Of a DNA stretch of 57,264 nt, positions 1-7,929 are shown one piece after another. Position 1 is the stretch's first letter. Every line of letters begins with the position of its first letter. Origin of the DNA: a virus (lineage: Duplodnaviria > Caudoviricetes); IMG/VR virus record IMGVR_UViG_3300037248_000259, positions 1 through 57,264 of that record, one strand, 5' to 3'. Both the position numbers and the translations under genes were made by a program. The notes under the pieces are model-generated. The model did no database searches, was not told where the DNA came from, and saw only the letters and a program-made list of their open reading frames with translations.

Positions 1-537
1 CGCACGCGAAAACTTCTCGACGTCGCGCTCGACCGCTTCGACCTGCCTCAGCAGGTCCTTGACTCGTTGCTCGAACAGAACCCGCATCTTGTTCGGGGCG
101 CCCTTCTTCTTGACCTTGAACCGCGCCGCCAGCCGTTTCAACATCTCGGCGTTGTCGAGCGCGTCGCGTTTCGACTTCTCGGCGCCGGCGCGCTGCTGGC
201 GCAGGAACGTCTTGGCGTCAGCCACAATATCATACTGGTCATAATTGCCGCCGCGCGCCGTGATGCCTTCGAATACGTGGTCGATCGCCGCCACCACGCA
301 ATTCATCGCGTGCGCGTCGCGATCGTCGGGCCGCGTCTCGTCGATCACGCCATCGCGGTCGAACCGCGCCCGCCGCTCAGCGTCGCTGAGCACATCGCGC
401 GCCAGCACCAGCGCCGCAAACTTTTCCGCCTTGCCTCCGCGATCGGGATGCGCCACCTTGGCCTTCGACCGATAGGCGCGGCGCACCTCGTCAACCGTCG
501 CGTCCGGCGCGACGCCAAGCTCGTCGTAGGGATTCAT
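1..537 (-). CDS. J-domain (DnaJ-like) protein, runs off left edge
   Basis: Not in ORF track; manual translation from ATG 537: MNPYDELGVAPDATVDEVRAAYRSKAKVAHPDRGG...LSDAERRARFD (HPD motif); open to base 1. Confidence 0.85.
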   Translation of the reverse strand, partial: MNPYDELGVAPDATVDEVRRAYRSKAKVAHPDRGGKAEKFAALVLARDVLSDAERRARFDRDGVIDETRPDDRDAHAMNCVVAAIDHVFEGITARGGNYDQYDIVADAKTFLRQQRAGAEKSKRDALDNAEMLKRLAARFKVKKKGAPNKMRVLFEQRVKDLLRQVEAVERDVEKFSRA

Positions 538-639
538 GTTCTTCCCTTCGCAATCTTTCCCGTTTCGCCTGCAGCTTTTCGCGCAGCGTCAGTTCGGCGT
601 CGGTCTCGTCCTTTTTGTCCAACCGCCGGCTGTCGACCT

Positions 640-870
640 TCATCTCAACCCCATCCGCTCCCGCCACGTCTCCTCGACCGGCGCCGCGGCGGCGCTCTCC
701 GCAGCCGACGTCTCGACAGCATCAATATACGCTAAGCATATCCCACGCAGATAGACAGCGACCGGCTCGCCCATCCGCAACGCCAGCTGCTTAATAGCGC
801 CCATCTCAGCCTCGGTAAAATTTAACGACACGGCCTCGGATCGCGTCTCGGTCTTCTTATGCGCCGGCAT
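640..870 (-). CDS. Small putative DNA-binding (ribbon-helix-helix-like) protein
   Basis: MPAHKKTETRSEAVSLNFTEAEMGAIKQLALRMG; strand-helix-helix pattern; start trimmed from track ORF 640..966. Confidence 0.45.
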   Translation of the reverse strand: MPAHKKTETRSEAVSLNFTEAEMGAIKQLALRMGEPVAVYLRGICLAYIDAVETSAAESAAAAPVEETWRERMGLR

Positions 871-1075
871 CTTGCTTCTCCCGTTTCGCCAACCCGTCCA
901 GGTAACCGTCATCATAGCCGCGGCGGTAAGACCCGTCCTCGTCTTCCGGTTCGGTGTAGTTAACAATCACGTCGACGACGCGCGCCCATTGCGTTTCCGG
1001 CATGCCGGGCGGACGCTTCCCCAAACGGTAAGCGTTGAAATAGATTTCGTCGCCTTCAATTTTCAATTCTCCCAC
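857..1075 (-). CDS. Hypothetical protein
   Basis: 72 aa ORF overlapping neighbours in the leftward operon. Confidence 0.55.
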   Translation of the reverse strand: MGELKIEGDEIYFNAYRLGKRPPGMPETQWARVVDVIVNYTEPEDEDGSYRRGYDDGYLDGLAKREKQDAGA

Positions 1076-1281
1076 TTGCCTTCCTCCTTTTGCGTCACCA
1101 GCCGCTCAACCCTCGCCTCGAGATCATCATGCGCCCGCATGCGCCCCGTCAGCATCTGGTTCAGGCTGGCTCGCGGCACCCCAAGCTCAATCGCCATGCC
1201 CGCTTGGGTGGTCTTGCCGCGCGCGATCAATTCCGTGACGCGGCGGCCGAGACCGGTGTCGTAACGTGTGCGGCGGCTCAT
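1063..1281 (-). CDS. HTH (XRE/Cro-like) DNA-binding protein
   Basis: TTQAGMAIELGVPRASLNQML helix-turn-helix; ATG overlaps stop of upstream gene. Confidence 0.65.
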   Translation of the reverse strand: MSRRTRYDTGLGRRVTELIARGKTTQAGMAIELGVPRASLNQMLTGRMRAHDDLEARVERLVTQKEEGKWEN

Positions 1282-1508
1282 TCTTTCTTCCGATACACAA
1301 CTAGTTTCCTGCGATTGATCTCGTGGCTCAGATACCAAGCCGCTTTCTCCAAGTCCTGAATATCGTCGCCGTTCTTGAGCCCGGCGCGCCAGATGTATTT
1401 GACAGCATTCCCAAGATTGAACCCGAAATGTTCGACAATCGTGATGCATTCGACGCCGGACGGGTGCGACGCATAATGCTTCGGATGGTTGACCGGATCG
1501 TCGTTCAC
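1278..1508 (-). CDS. DUF3310 family (T7 gp1.7-like nucleotide kinase-related) protein
   Basis: DPVNHPKHY...ECI...GNAVKYIWRAG.K...DLEKAAWYL signature. Confidence 0.85.
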   Translation of the reverse strand: MNDDPVNHPKHYASHPSGVECITIVEHFGFNLGNAVKYIWRAGLKNGDDIQDLEKAAWYLSHEINRRKLVVYRKKE

Positions 1509-1858
1509 TCCGCCGCCTCCCTGCGCAGCCGCGCGATGATGGTGTCTACCGTCGACTTGCTCACATTGAACGCATCAATCATGGCGCGCCGCGTCATGCC
1601 GGCGGCGTGGCCGTCACGAATCCGAGCCGCGCGCCAGCGCTCCAGCTCTTGAATGGCGGCGCGCGCTTCTCGCTTCCTTTTATTTTCAATCATCGCCGCC
1701 AGCTTGCGATTAGTATACGGCGACACGAACCCGAAATTCTTAGCATGGTAAGCAACCGCCGCGTCGCTCACCCCAAACTCACGCGCGATCGACGCGAACG
1801 TACGGGTGGGATGCATCTTCAACGCGCGGCGAATGAGGATCGGGTTGCGGCCGGTCAT
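1505..1858 (-). CDS. Protein with two HTH-like motifs
   Basis: TFASIAREFGVSDAAVAYH and TRRAMIDAFNVSKSTVDTI. Confidence 0.6.
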   Translation of the reverse strand: MTGRNPILIRRALKMHPTRTFASIAREFGVSDAAVAYHAKNFGFVSPYTNRKLAAMIENKRKREARAAIQELERWRAARIRDGHAAGMTRRAMIDAFNVSKSTVDTIIARLRREAAE

Positions 1859-1978
1859 TTCTGTCTCGCGATAGGAACAACACCGGGATGCTTGCTCTTC
1901 ATATGCGCCGCAAGCGTCGCGACATTTTGACCTGAATAAGATCGTTGCGGCGAGCCACAAATACGAGCGGGTCGATCA

Positions 1979-2266
1979 TTATTCCTCCTCCGGCGCGAGA
2001 GGCAACGCGCGGATAATTGCAACGTCGCTCTCTCGCTGAACAGCCGCGCCGTCCGTTCGCGCAACGCCAAGCATGTTGTCTTTTTCGTCAAGGGCGACCC
2101 TATTCATCGCGACGGACTCCGCCGCTCTTTCCCGCATCTCCGCTGCCCCGGCTGCATAGGCGCGGCGCAGGGCGCGTTCGATCGCCTTTTGATAATCATC
2201 GCGATCTTCGTACGCGCCGATCGTGAGTGCCCGCGCCTCGCGCTCAATGTCGAATGGCTCAGTCAT
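1979..2266 (-). CDS. Hypothetical protein
   Basis: ATG after GGAGG RBS, coupled to upstream ORF. Confidence 0.55.
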   Translation of the reverse strand: MTEPFDIEREARALTIGAYEDRDDYQKAIERALRRAYAAGAAEMRERAAESVAMNRVALDEKDNMLGVARTDGAAVQRESDVAIIRALPLAPEEE

Positions 2267-2463
2267 TGTCCCTCCTTCGGCCGCGCGGCGAGACATTCCA
2301 CTAAAAACGCCGCGCAAATAAAATCCAGTAACCCTAATAAATCGCCTTGCATCAGAAGCATAAGCCCAAGGCCGATATTGAAGCCAACGATCGCCGCGAT
2401 AATTTCCCGTTTCCGCGCCGTCCGCTCGACCAGCTTCTCGTAGTCATCGGTCATGGGCGTCAA
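2263..2463 (-). CDS. Small membrane protein
   Basis: Two hydrophobic segments; overlaps neighbours by 4 nt. Confidence 0.5.
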   Translation of the reverse strand: MTPMTDDYEKLVERTARKREIIAAIVGFNIGLGLMLLMQGDLLGLLDFICAAFLVECLAARPKEGQ

Positions 2464-2720
2464 TCTCCATTCAGCTCAATCATATCAAGGATGAAACTGT
2501 CCATCGGTTGATCCGCCACATCGTCACAAGTCCGATGCGTTCGGTAGAAATAGCTCCGGGCGGCATATTCACCGGCGTGCGTAAAGGAATGAGTTCTCAC
2601 GTCATCAGGGCGCAAGGGAAAACCACAAAACAGACACGGCGCGTCGCGCGGCGGCTCATAGGCCGGCGTGGTTTGTGTGGCGTCCTCGAACCAGCCATAG
2701 AAAGCGTTGCCCTCACTCAT
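2460..2720 (-). CDS. Hypothetical protein, possible Zn-binding (CLFC...HRTC)
   Basis: Coupled ORF; Cys/His motifs. Confidence 0.5.
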   Translation of the reverse strand: MSEGNAFYGWFEDATQTTPAYEPPRDAPCLFCGFPLRPDDVRTHSFTHAGEYAARSYFYRTHRTCDDVADQPMDSFILDMIELNGD

Positions 2721-3741
2721 GGGCGGCGTCCTTGGATGGGAGCGGTTCGAAGCGGCCGTCCATAAATTCGCTGTACGGTCGCGCCCACAACTCTCCTGTC
2801 TGCTCGCACTGATAGATGACAAGTTGCACCATGTCAGCCAGTGGTTTGCTCGTTTGAAGCTTTCCTCTTTGTGTCAAAATGCGATACGTCGTCCCGCGCT
2901 TCTTGTGGCGCACGCGCTCTCCCCGTTCTCCCGCTAGGGCGGCGTCGATGCCCACGTGCTCAAACGCGACTAGCTCGTTTTTGAAACTATCCAGCGCGCG
3001 ACGTATTTCCACAAAGGCGTCTTCTTCGGAGGAAAATCGTTCGGCTCGGCCTACATCCGTCGTTACATTGTGATAGTCGCCCCTACCGCGCAACCATTGA
3101 GGCGGAGAACAACCACGGCGCTCAATAAGCCAATACGTTTTTTGTCTCGCTATGGCGGCATCGATGACGACTTGCACATCGGCGCATTTGCGCCAATCTG
3201 GCGGGTCTTCTGGATTCAGTGCCTCCCTGGCCATGCACAGCGCTTCATCTCTCGGATCGGCGACGGGCTTTCCAACAAGGGCGGCGTCGAGGGCGGCGAT
3301 GCCTTTGCAAGCTATCTTGCCAATTAGCTCAGGAACCGGCTCGGCGCTGAAGTCGCGTATTAACTCCAGCGCCTCCCTCGCCGTGCGCAGGGCTGCTATC
3401 TCAACCGAGTTGTCGGACAGGACTTTAATGTCGATGTTAAGATGTTTTACTAAACGGCGCAGGTTGCTTTCTTTTTCCTCCGCGGTGCGCAGGGCGGATT
3501 CCAGCGCGGCTTGTTTCGCCATGAAGTTCTGATGCATGGTAGATGGCGAGCCAAGTTCTTCTATATGCTTTCGCAAGCGTTCGATCTCGTTAGCGGCTTC
3601 AATGCAAGCGTGCGGCGTCATATCAGGCCATTTGTGCAGTCTAGCAACAATGTCCATTGGATTTGCCTCACGTTCGCGCCGCTTGTGCTGTCCTTCAACC
3701 ATGTTTGAAGTGTCGCGAATTGGTTTTCCTTTAGTCATCAC
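2713..3741 (-). CDS. Multi-module accessory protein with C-terminal DUF1653-like domain
   Basis: C-term VRHKKRGTTYRI...VIYQCEQTGELWARPYSEFMDGRFE; coiled-coil N-term; GGAGG RBS. Confidence 0.6.
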   Translation of the reverse strand: MMTKGKPIRDTSNMVEGQHKRREREANPMDIVARLHKWPDMTPHACIEAANEIERLRKHIEELGSPSTMHQNFMAKQAALESALRTAEEKESNLRRLVKHLNIDIKVLSDNSVEIAALRTAREALELIRDFSAEPVPELIGKIACKGIAALDAALVGKPVADPRDEALCMAREALNPEDPPDWRKCADVQVVIDAAIARQKTYWLIERRGCSPPQWLRGRGDYHNVTTDVGRAERFSSEEDAFVEIRRALDSFKNELVAFEHVGIDAALAGERGERVRHKKRGTTYRILTQRGKLQTSKPLADMVQLVIYQCEQTGELWARPYSEFMDGRFEPLPSKDAAHE

Positions 3742-3923
3742 ATTCCTCCAGCCGTAATGTCGGCGCGCGCCTTGGAAAAATTATCATCCGTATAGGGGAG
3801 ATTTCTCGCATCGCACCAGCGCTGCAACTGACGGCGGGTCGGGCCGAGGCCGAGAGCATGGTGGACGGAAGTCGCCAAAGCGAGCACCGCGCCGCTTATC
3901 ATTTGCGCCAGCAAGCTAGCCAT
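3738..3923 (-). CDS. Hypothetical protein
   Basis: RBS and 4-nt overlap with the next gene. Confidence 0.5.
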   Translation of the reverse strand: MASLLAQMISGAVLALATSVHHALGLGPTRRQLQRWCDARNLPYTDDNFSKARADITAGGM

Positions 3924-3936
3924 TCGGCCCCTCCGC

Positions 3937-4161
3937 TCATTCGTGGCTCAGCCAATCGGGTAACCCTTGCAGCATGTAGCGCACCATCTCAGTCGCCTGC
4001 CCAGCGTCGAAAAGATTTGTGCCCGTTGGCCAATCGTGATCGGCTGGTTCGTGCGCATAGTTCGGCCTTCGGTAGCTGATCCCATTGTCGGGATTCCAGG
4101 GCTGCGGCAATCGCCAAATAAGAAAGCGGTCGACCATGTGTTTGATTTGAGCGTCGGTCAT
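3937..4161 (-). CDS. Hypothetical phage protein
   Basis: MTDAQIKHMVDRFLIWRLP...PTGTNLFDAGQATEMVRYM, a recurrent small phage ORF type. Confidence 0.6.
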   Translation of the reverse strand: MTDAQIKHMVDRFLIWRLPQPWNPDNGISYRRPNYAHEPADHDWPTGTNLFDAGQATEMVRYMLQGLPDWLSHE

Positions 4162-4171
4162 TTTGTTACCA

Positions 4172-4381
4172 TCATCTCAAGATAGCGAGAAATTCTCGGC
4201 GCGCCGCCTGCTATTTCTCATCAGCCTCCCGCAAAAGCCTATCGCTGATGCGGTCTTGGCCATCCATTTGCCAGAAGCGCGCGTGTGCGGTCTCGAACTT
4301 GCGGAACGCTGCGCCTGCCGGCGTTTCATTCCACTCGCGTTCCTTTGCCGCGTACTCCTGCTACGACTCAGATGTTGTCAT
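4172..4381 (-). pseudogene. Small ORF interrupted by two in-frame TAG codons
   Basis: RBS+ATG 4381; MTTSES*QEYAAKEREW...READEK*QAARREFLAILR-TGA; TAGs at 4361-4363 and 4211-4213; fills the gap in the operon. Confidence 0.5.
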
Positions 4382-4645
4382 CTACCCCTCCTCTTTCTCT
4401 CCCCGCACGGCCTTGACCGCGTCGGTAAGCGCCGCTGCCACCTTACATGGCACCCAGACATATCCAGGCGCGCTCGCATCGGCGTCATAGAGCTTGCGCG
4501 CGCCTTCCCATTGCTGGGCGATGGGCCCCGCCGCCTCTATCAGCGCATAAAGGCGTGCATTCTTTTCTGCCAGCTCCTCGCGTAGACGAGCAATCAGCAA
4601 CGTAGTCACCATGGCCTCTTTTATTTCCTGCGATCGCTCAGTCAT
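4382..4645 (-). CDS. Hypothetical protein
   Basis: AAGGAGG RBS, coiled-coil. Confidence 0.55.
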   Translation of the reverse strand: MTERSQEIKEAMVTTLLIARLREELAEKNARLYALIEAAGPIAQQWEGARKLYDADASAPGYVWVPCKVAAALTDAVKAVRGEKEEG

Positions 4646-5012
4646 TTTTCTCCTCCTTGTAGAATGCGGCGAGGGCATCTAGTTGTATCGTTGAAATTGA
4701 TGTAGTACCGGTTCTCGCCCAATCACGACCGACCATCGCAGTTTTATCGAGCGCGACTATTCGCTCCACAATCGGCGCCGCCGCCTCCAAGACTGCGCGC
4801 AGCTTCGCAATCTCAGCGCGCAGATCGGCGATGATGGTTTGCTCCTCGATCGCGGCGTTGAGCGCCGAGGCGATGGCGGAGGCGATCTCCCGTCGCGGTC
4901 CCGGCCCATACACGGTTGCACAAAAAAGCGGCTCATCACACATTACTTCGGAGCCACAAGACGTTAACGGCCCCATCGCGCGGATCACATCGCGCCAGTT
5001 GCGGTCAGTCAT
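4638..5012 (-). CDS. Hypothetical protein
   Basis: RBS and overlap; coiled-coil segment similar to 4382..4645. Confidence 0.55.
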   Translation of the reverse strand: MTDRNWRDVIRAMGPLTSCGSEVMCDEPLFCATVYGPGPRREIASAIASALNAAIEEQTIIADLRAEIAKLRAVLEAAAPIVERIVALDKTAMVGRDWARTGTTSISTIQLDALAAFYKEEKND

Positions 5013-5025
5013 TTCCGTTCCTTCC

Positions 5026-5367
5026 CTAAACGTCCCGCCACATCGTGGCCGGAGGAACAGAAAAGAAATGTGGTTCGCGCGTCAGGTCAACCGCGACATC
5101 GTCGCTCCACTCGACGTTATCGGGCGGCCCCGCCTGCCCGCCATTACGATCTTGGATGAAACGGTAGAGCCACGACGGCGGTGGGGCGTCGACCAGCTTT
5201 TTCAAGTCGCGCACCCGCATAGACGGCTCCATCGTGCGGAACTTCTTCGTATTGTACCAGAAGTAGTGCGGGCCGAGATGATTGGCTGCAAGGTGCTCAT
5301 TGCGATCCGCAACCGCAACGACCTTTCCGCAAACGACACAAGTAGCACTATCAACGTCGCTCATCAT
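5026..5367 (-). CDS. C2H2 zinc-finger plus multiubiquitin-like (beta-grasp) domain protein
   Basis: CVVC-x12-H-x4-H; C-term SDDVAVDLTREPHFFSVPPAT resembles bacterial multiubiquitin domain tails. Confidence 0.5.
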   Translation of the reverse strand: MMSDVDSATCVVCGKVVAVADRNEHLAANHLGPHYFWYNTKKFRTMEPSMRVRDLKKLVDAPPPSWLYRFIQDRNGGQAGPPDNVEWSDDVAVDLTREPHFFSVPPATMWRDV

Positions 5368-5639
5368 GGTTGCTCCATTTTCTTCAAAGCCTCGGCGAGG
5401 GCAAAGGCATCTTTGGTCGAAATCATTATAGCGTCAACGCGCGATGTTTGAGCTATTTCGAGATAGCGTTCCAACTCTTCTACTTGCTCCCTGATTGGTG
5501 CACATGCCGCCAGCAGTTCGCCAAGCCCGGAGGCGACAAGAGCATCGCGCGCGATTTCCGCAGGGGGAGCATCAGCCCAAAAGCTGTTGTGGATTGCCTT
5601 CCTAGCCCGTTCCACCGCCGCCTCGGGAATGTCAGCCAT
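5364..5639 (-). CDS. Hypothetical protein
   Basis: GAGG RBS; first clear gene of the leftward operon. Confidence 0.55.
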   Translation of the reverse strand: MADIPEAAVERARKAIHNSFWADAPPAEIARDALVASGLGELLAACAPIREQVEELERYLEIAQTSRVDAIMISTKDAFALAEALKKMEQP

Positions 5640-5750
5640 AGTATCCTCGCTGCGGCCAAGGGTTCCGATTCCGAGCGTCAGCCGCCGATGAATAGCAGCA
5701 CAGACGCTAAAATCGTCAGGGGCCGCGGGAAACGTGGTTTCATCTTTTAT

Positions 5751-5779
5751 ATGATGGGCTCGATTAAGGTGGATGTCAA
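5751..5779 (-). promoter_or_regulatory. Putative sigma70 promoter of the leftward accessory operon
   Basis: TTGACA-N17-CATCAT. Confidence 0.45.
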
Positions 5780-6094
5780 CCCCGCCGTAGCGAACTGCCC
5801 TTGATCGGCCGGCTGGGTCGACGCGGCTGGGACGACCGGACGCCGCAACTATTAAGGCTAATAACCTGGATTTACAGAATTTTTTGGGGCGGGGGGTCGA
5901 AGGGAGGAAACTTCACGCGGGTCCTCGCGACCCAACGCGCGCACGGATTCGCACTCGCGAGCCGCGCCTGGCGCCTGCAGCCGCCTCGAGGCCGCCCCGA
6001 CCCGGCGCCCGCCCTCTCGTTCACGTTTTCGTGATTAAATTGTGTCTCGCTTGAGTACACGCAACGAGGACAGAAAATAATTGTCTCATACGGC

Positions 6095-6123
6095 TTGACA
6101 CGCGGCTATTCGAGACGTATTCT
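6095..6123 (+). promoter_or_regulatory. Sigma70 promoter with surrounding GAGAC/GTCTC boxes
   Basis: TTGACA-N17-TATTCT; shares CTTGACACGC, CGAGAC and ACGGAGACAA with repeat B. Confidence 0.65.
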
Positions 6124-6156
6124 CACGCCGTCATAGAGACAACGGAGACAACGCAC

Positions 6157-6417
6157 ATGCAGATGTATCCTCGTTACTACAAAGTCTCACCCCGCGGTTT
6201 CGCGAACGAGACTATCTATCTTATCGCGCGAAACAGCGTTGAGGCCGCTATCTATGAGCGCGACTATGACAGCCTGCCCGACAGGCAACCCGGAGCAATA
6301 ACAGGGTGGACGCGAGATCGTCAGGCTCGCATTCCTGGCGTAGCCGTCGCGTTCGATATGCGTCATTGGGTTCTGAATTTGACCATCCCACCACGAGGTA
6401 ACGGAGTACCACAATGA
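6157..6417 (+). CDS. Hypothetical early protein
   Basis: GGAG RBS after promoter. Confidence 0.6.
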   Translation: MQMYPRYYKVSPRGFANETIYLIARNSVEAAIYERDYDSLPDRQPGAITGWTRDRQARIPGVAVAFDMRHWVLNLTIPPRGNGVPQ

Positions 6418-6551
6418 GGTATCGAAATACCACACTCACGCGCATCTACTTTTTCCAGGTCGCTCAATACCTTACGCTGGCGCTTGAGCTGGCGTGCGAG
6501 CTGATGATCGCCGGCGCGATCGTGGTTTGCGTCTATGCGCTGGTTAGATAA
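6414..6551 (+). CDS. Small membrane protein
   Basis: MRYRNTTLTRIYFFQVAQYLTLALELACELMIAGAIVVCVYALVR; ATGA overlap, GGAG RBS. Confidence 0.45.
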   Translation: MRYRNTTLTRIYFFQVAQYLTLALELACELMIAGAIVVCVYALVR

Positions 6552-6622
6552 TCGAGTGATCGCGCGGGACGACGCCAAAACGATACCGTTTCGTTTTGTA
6601 CTTTTTGTACCACCTAGCCTCG

Positions 6623-6673
6623 CGCGTACGTCGTGTAGCCTCGTAAACCTATACCGTCGACAAGCCGTACCGA
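6623..6673 (+). repeat. Intergenic repeat A copy 1 (51 bp)
   Basis: CGCGTACGTCGTGTAGCCTCGTAAACCTATACC..; 2 mismatches to 6905-6955. Confidence 0.95.
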
Positions 6674-6688
6674 CAGGAGAGAACGAAA

Positions 6689-6901
6689 ATGGCAAAGCAC
6701 CACGACCTAATCAATCTTTTCCACACTTGCCGCAGTATGATAAGGGCCGAAAACAAATCGACAAACGTGAATCATGACGCGATGCTTCGCGCCGCAAAAG
6801 AATTTACTAAGAAATATCCGAGCTGCAGCGAAAACCGCGCTTATAAAGAACTGTCTCGGATGCGCGACAACGCTAGCTACATCCCCGCTTTCCCCGATTG
6901 A
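6689..6901 (+). CDS. Hypothetical early protein
   Basis: AGGAG RBS directly after repeat A. Confidence 0.6.
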   Translation: MAKHHDLINLFHTCRSMIRAENKSTNVNHDAMLRAAKEFTKKYPSCSENRAYKELSRMRDNASYIPAFPD

Positions 6902-6904
6902 TTA

Positions 6905-6955
6905 CGCGTACGTCGTGTAGCCTCGTAAACCTATACCATCGACAAGTCGTACCGA
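6905..6955 (+). repeat. Intergenic repeat A copy 2
   Basis: Direct repeat of 6623-6673. Confidence 0.95.
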
Positions 6956-6971
6956 TGACAAGGAGCCTTTA

Positions 6972-7036
6972 AATCCCACTTGACACGCCTACCAAGATAC
7001 GAGACAATACCGCCTCGTTCTAACCTACGGAGACAA
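6972..7036 (+). repeat. Promoter/RBS repeat B copy 1 (65 bp)
   Basis: TTGACA-N17-GACAAT ... GGAG RBS; 3 mismatches to 7364-7428. Confidence 0.95.
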
Positions 7037-7038
7037 CG

Positions 7039-7365
7039 ATGAACAAGCCCGACATGATACTTTGGTTAGATGATGCCCGTGGCGTCTATATTCTACGCGA
7101 TTTCGCCACCTCGTTTCAAAACCGTAACGAATCAGTCTCCGGAGTATCGGACGAAGACTGGGAAATCTTAGAAGCCGGTCCTGATCATGAGTGTTATTGG
7201 GATACATGGAGCGATGTGGAACAAAACGCTCAAGTAATCGACGAAAACGGCGTCAAATACCGCCTATACATGAACGGCGATTTATGGCTGGTTCCCGAGG
7301 GAATGGAATATAACGAAGAAACCGACTCGTTCGAATGGCCAAACGACGATCTCATAGACGACTAA
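7039..7365 (+). CDS. Acidic hypothetical early protein
   Basis: Very D/E-rich 108 aa ORF directly after repeat B. Confidence 0.75.
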   Translation: MNKPDMILWLDDARGVYILRDFATSFQNRNESVSGVSDEDWEILEAGPDHECYWDTWSDVEQNAQVIDENGVKYRLYMNGDLWLVPEGMEYNEETDSFEWPNDDLIDD

Positions 7366-7428
7366 TCCCACTTGACACGCCTACCAAGATACGAGACAAT
7401 ACCGTCCCGTTCGAACCTACGGAGACAA
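7364..7428 (+). repeat. Promoter/RBS repeat B copy 2
   Basis: Direct repeat of 6972-7036. Confidence 0.95.
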
Positions 7429-7432
7429 AACC

Positions 7433-7729
7433 ATGGATTACGGTTTCATTCACGAAGGCCGCGTTTTTACTCCGAACGCAACACCGGCGATCGCCCCGGA
7501 CGCGCGCAACGCCGAAATCGAACAGCTCGAGCTCGCGCAATGGGCCGAGCAGCCGGAGCGTTTCCACTGCTACGTCGACCGGTCGAATCTCGTCACAACC
7601 TGGCGCGGGAAGCCGCTTGGCAAGATCGTCTCCGAGGGCATGGACGACGCGCAATGCGATCGGGCTGCAAATGAACTAGAAACTTATTACCGAATTCACA
7701 TCCAAGAATGTAACGATCAACCGGAGTAA
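7433..7729 (+). CDS. Hypothetical early protein
   Basis: ATG after repeat B RBS. Confidence 0.65.
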   Translation: MDYGFIHEGRVFTPNATPAIAPDARNAEIEQLELAQWAEQPERFHCYVDRSNLVTTWRGKPLGKIVSEGMDDAQCDRAANELETYYRIHIQECNDQPE

Positions 7730-7734
7730 CCACC

Positions 7735-7929
7735 ATAAAATTCACGCTTGAAATCAAATGCGACAACGCGGCGTTCGAAGGACCGGGACTTGGCGAGGAA
7801 CTAAAACGTCTTCTTCGCTCAGTATCAACACACGTTGAGTCCTTTCATTCGCAAAAGGGCGCCGTATCTTCAAAGCCGCTTCGCGACAGCAATGGGAACG
7901 CCGTTGGATGGTGGAGGCTTACACAATGA
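7735..7929 (+). CDS. Small phage protein with non-canonical ATA start (or start-loss pseudogene)
   Basis: GGAG RBS then ATA-KFTLEIKCDNAAFE...LRDSNGNAVGWWRLTQ; stop overlaps resolvase ATG. Confidence 0.55.
   Translation: MKFTLEIKCDNAAFEGPGLGEELKRLLRSVSTHVESFHSQKGAVSSKPLRDSNGNAVGWWRLTQ

Noticed and set aside
4172-4645. Genome-wide TAG recoding
   Set aside because: TAG terminates several well-bounded genes (22669, 31170, 44580) and core genes have no internal TAG; no suppressor tRNA seen
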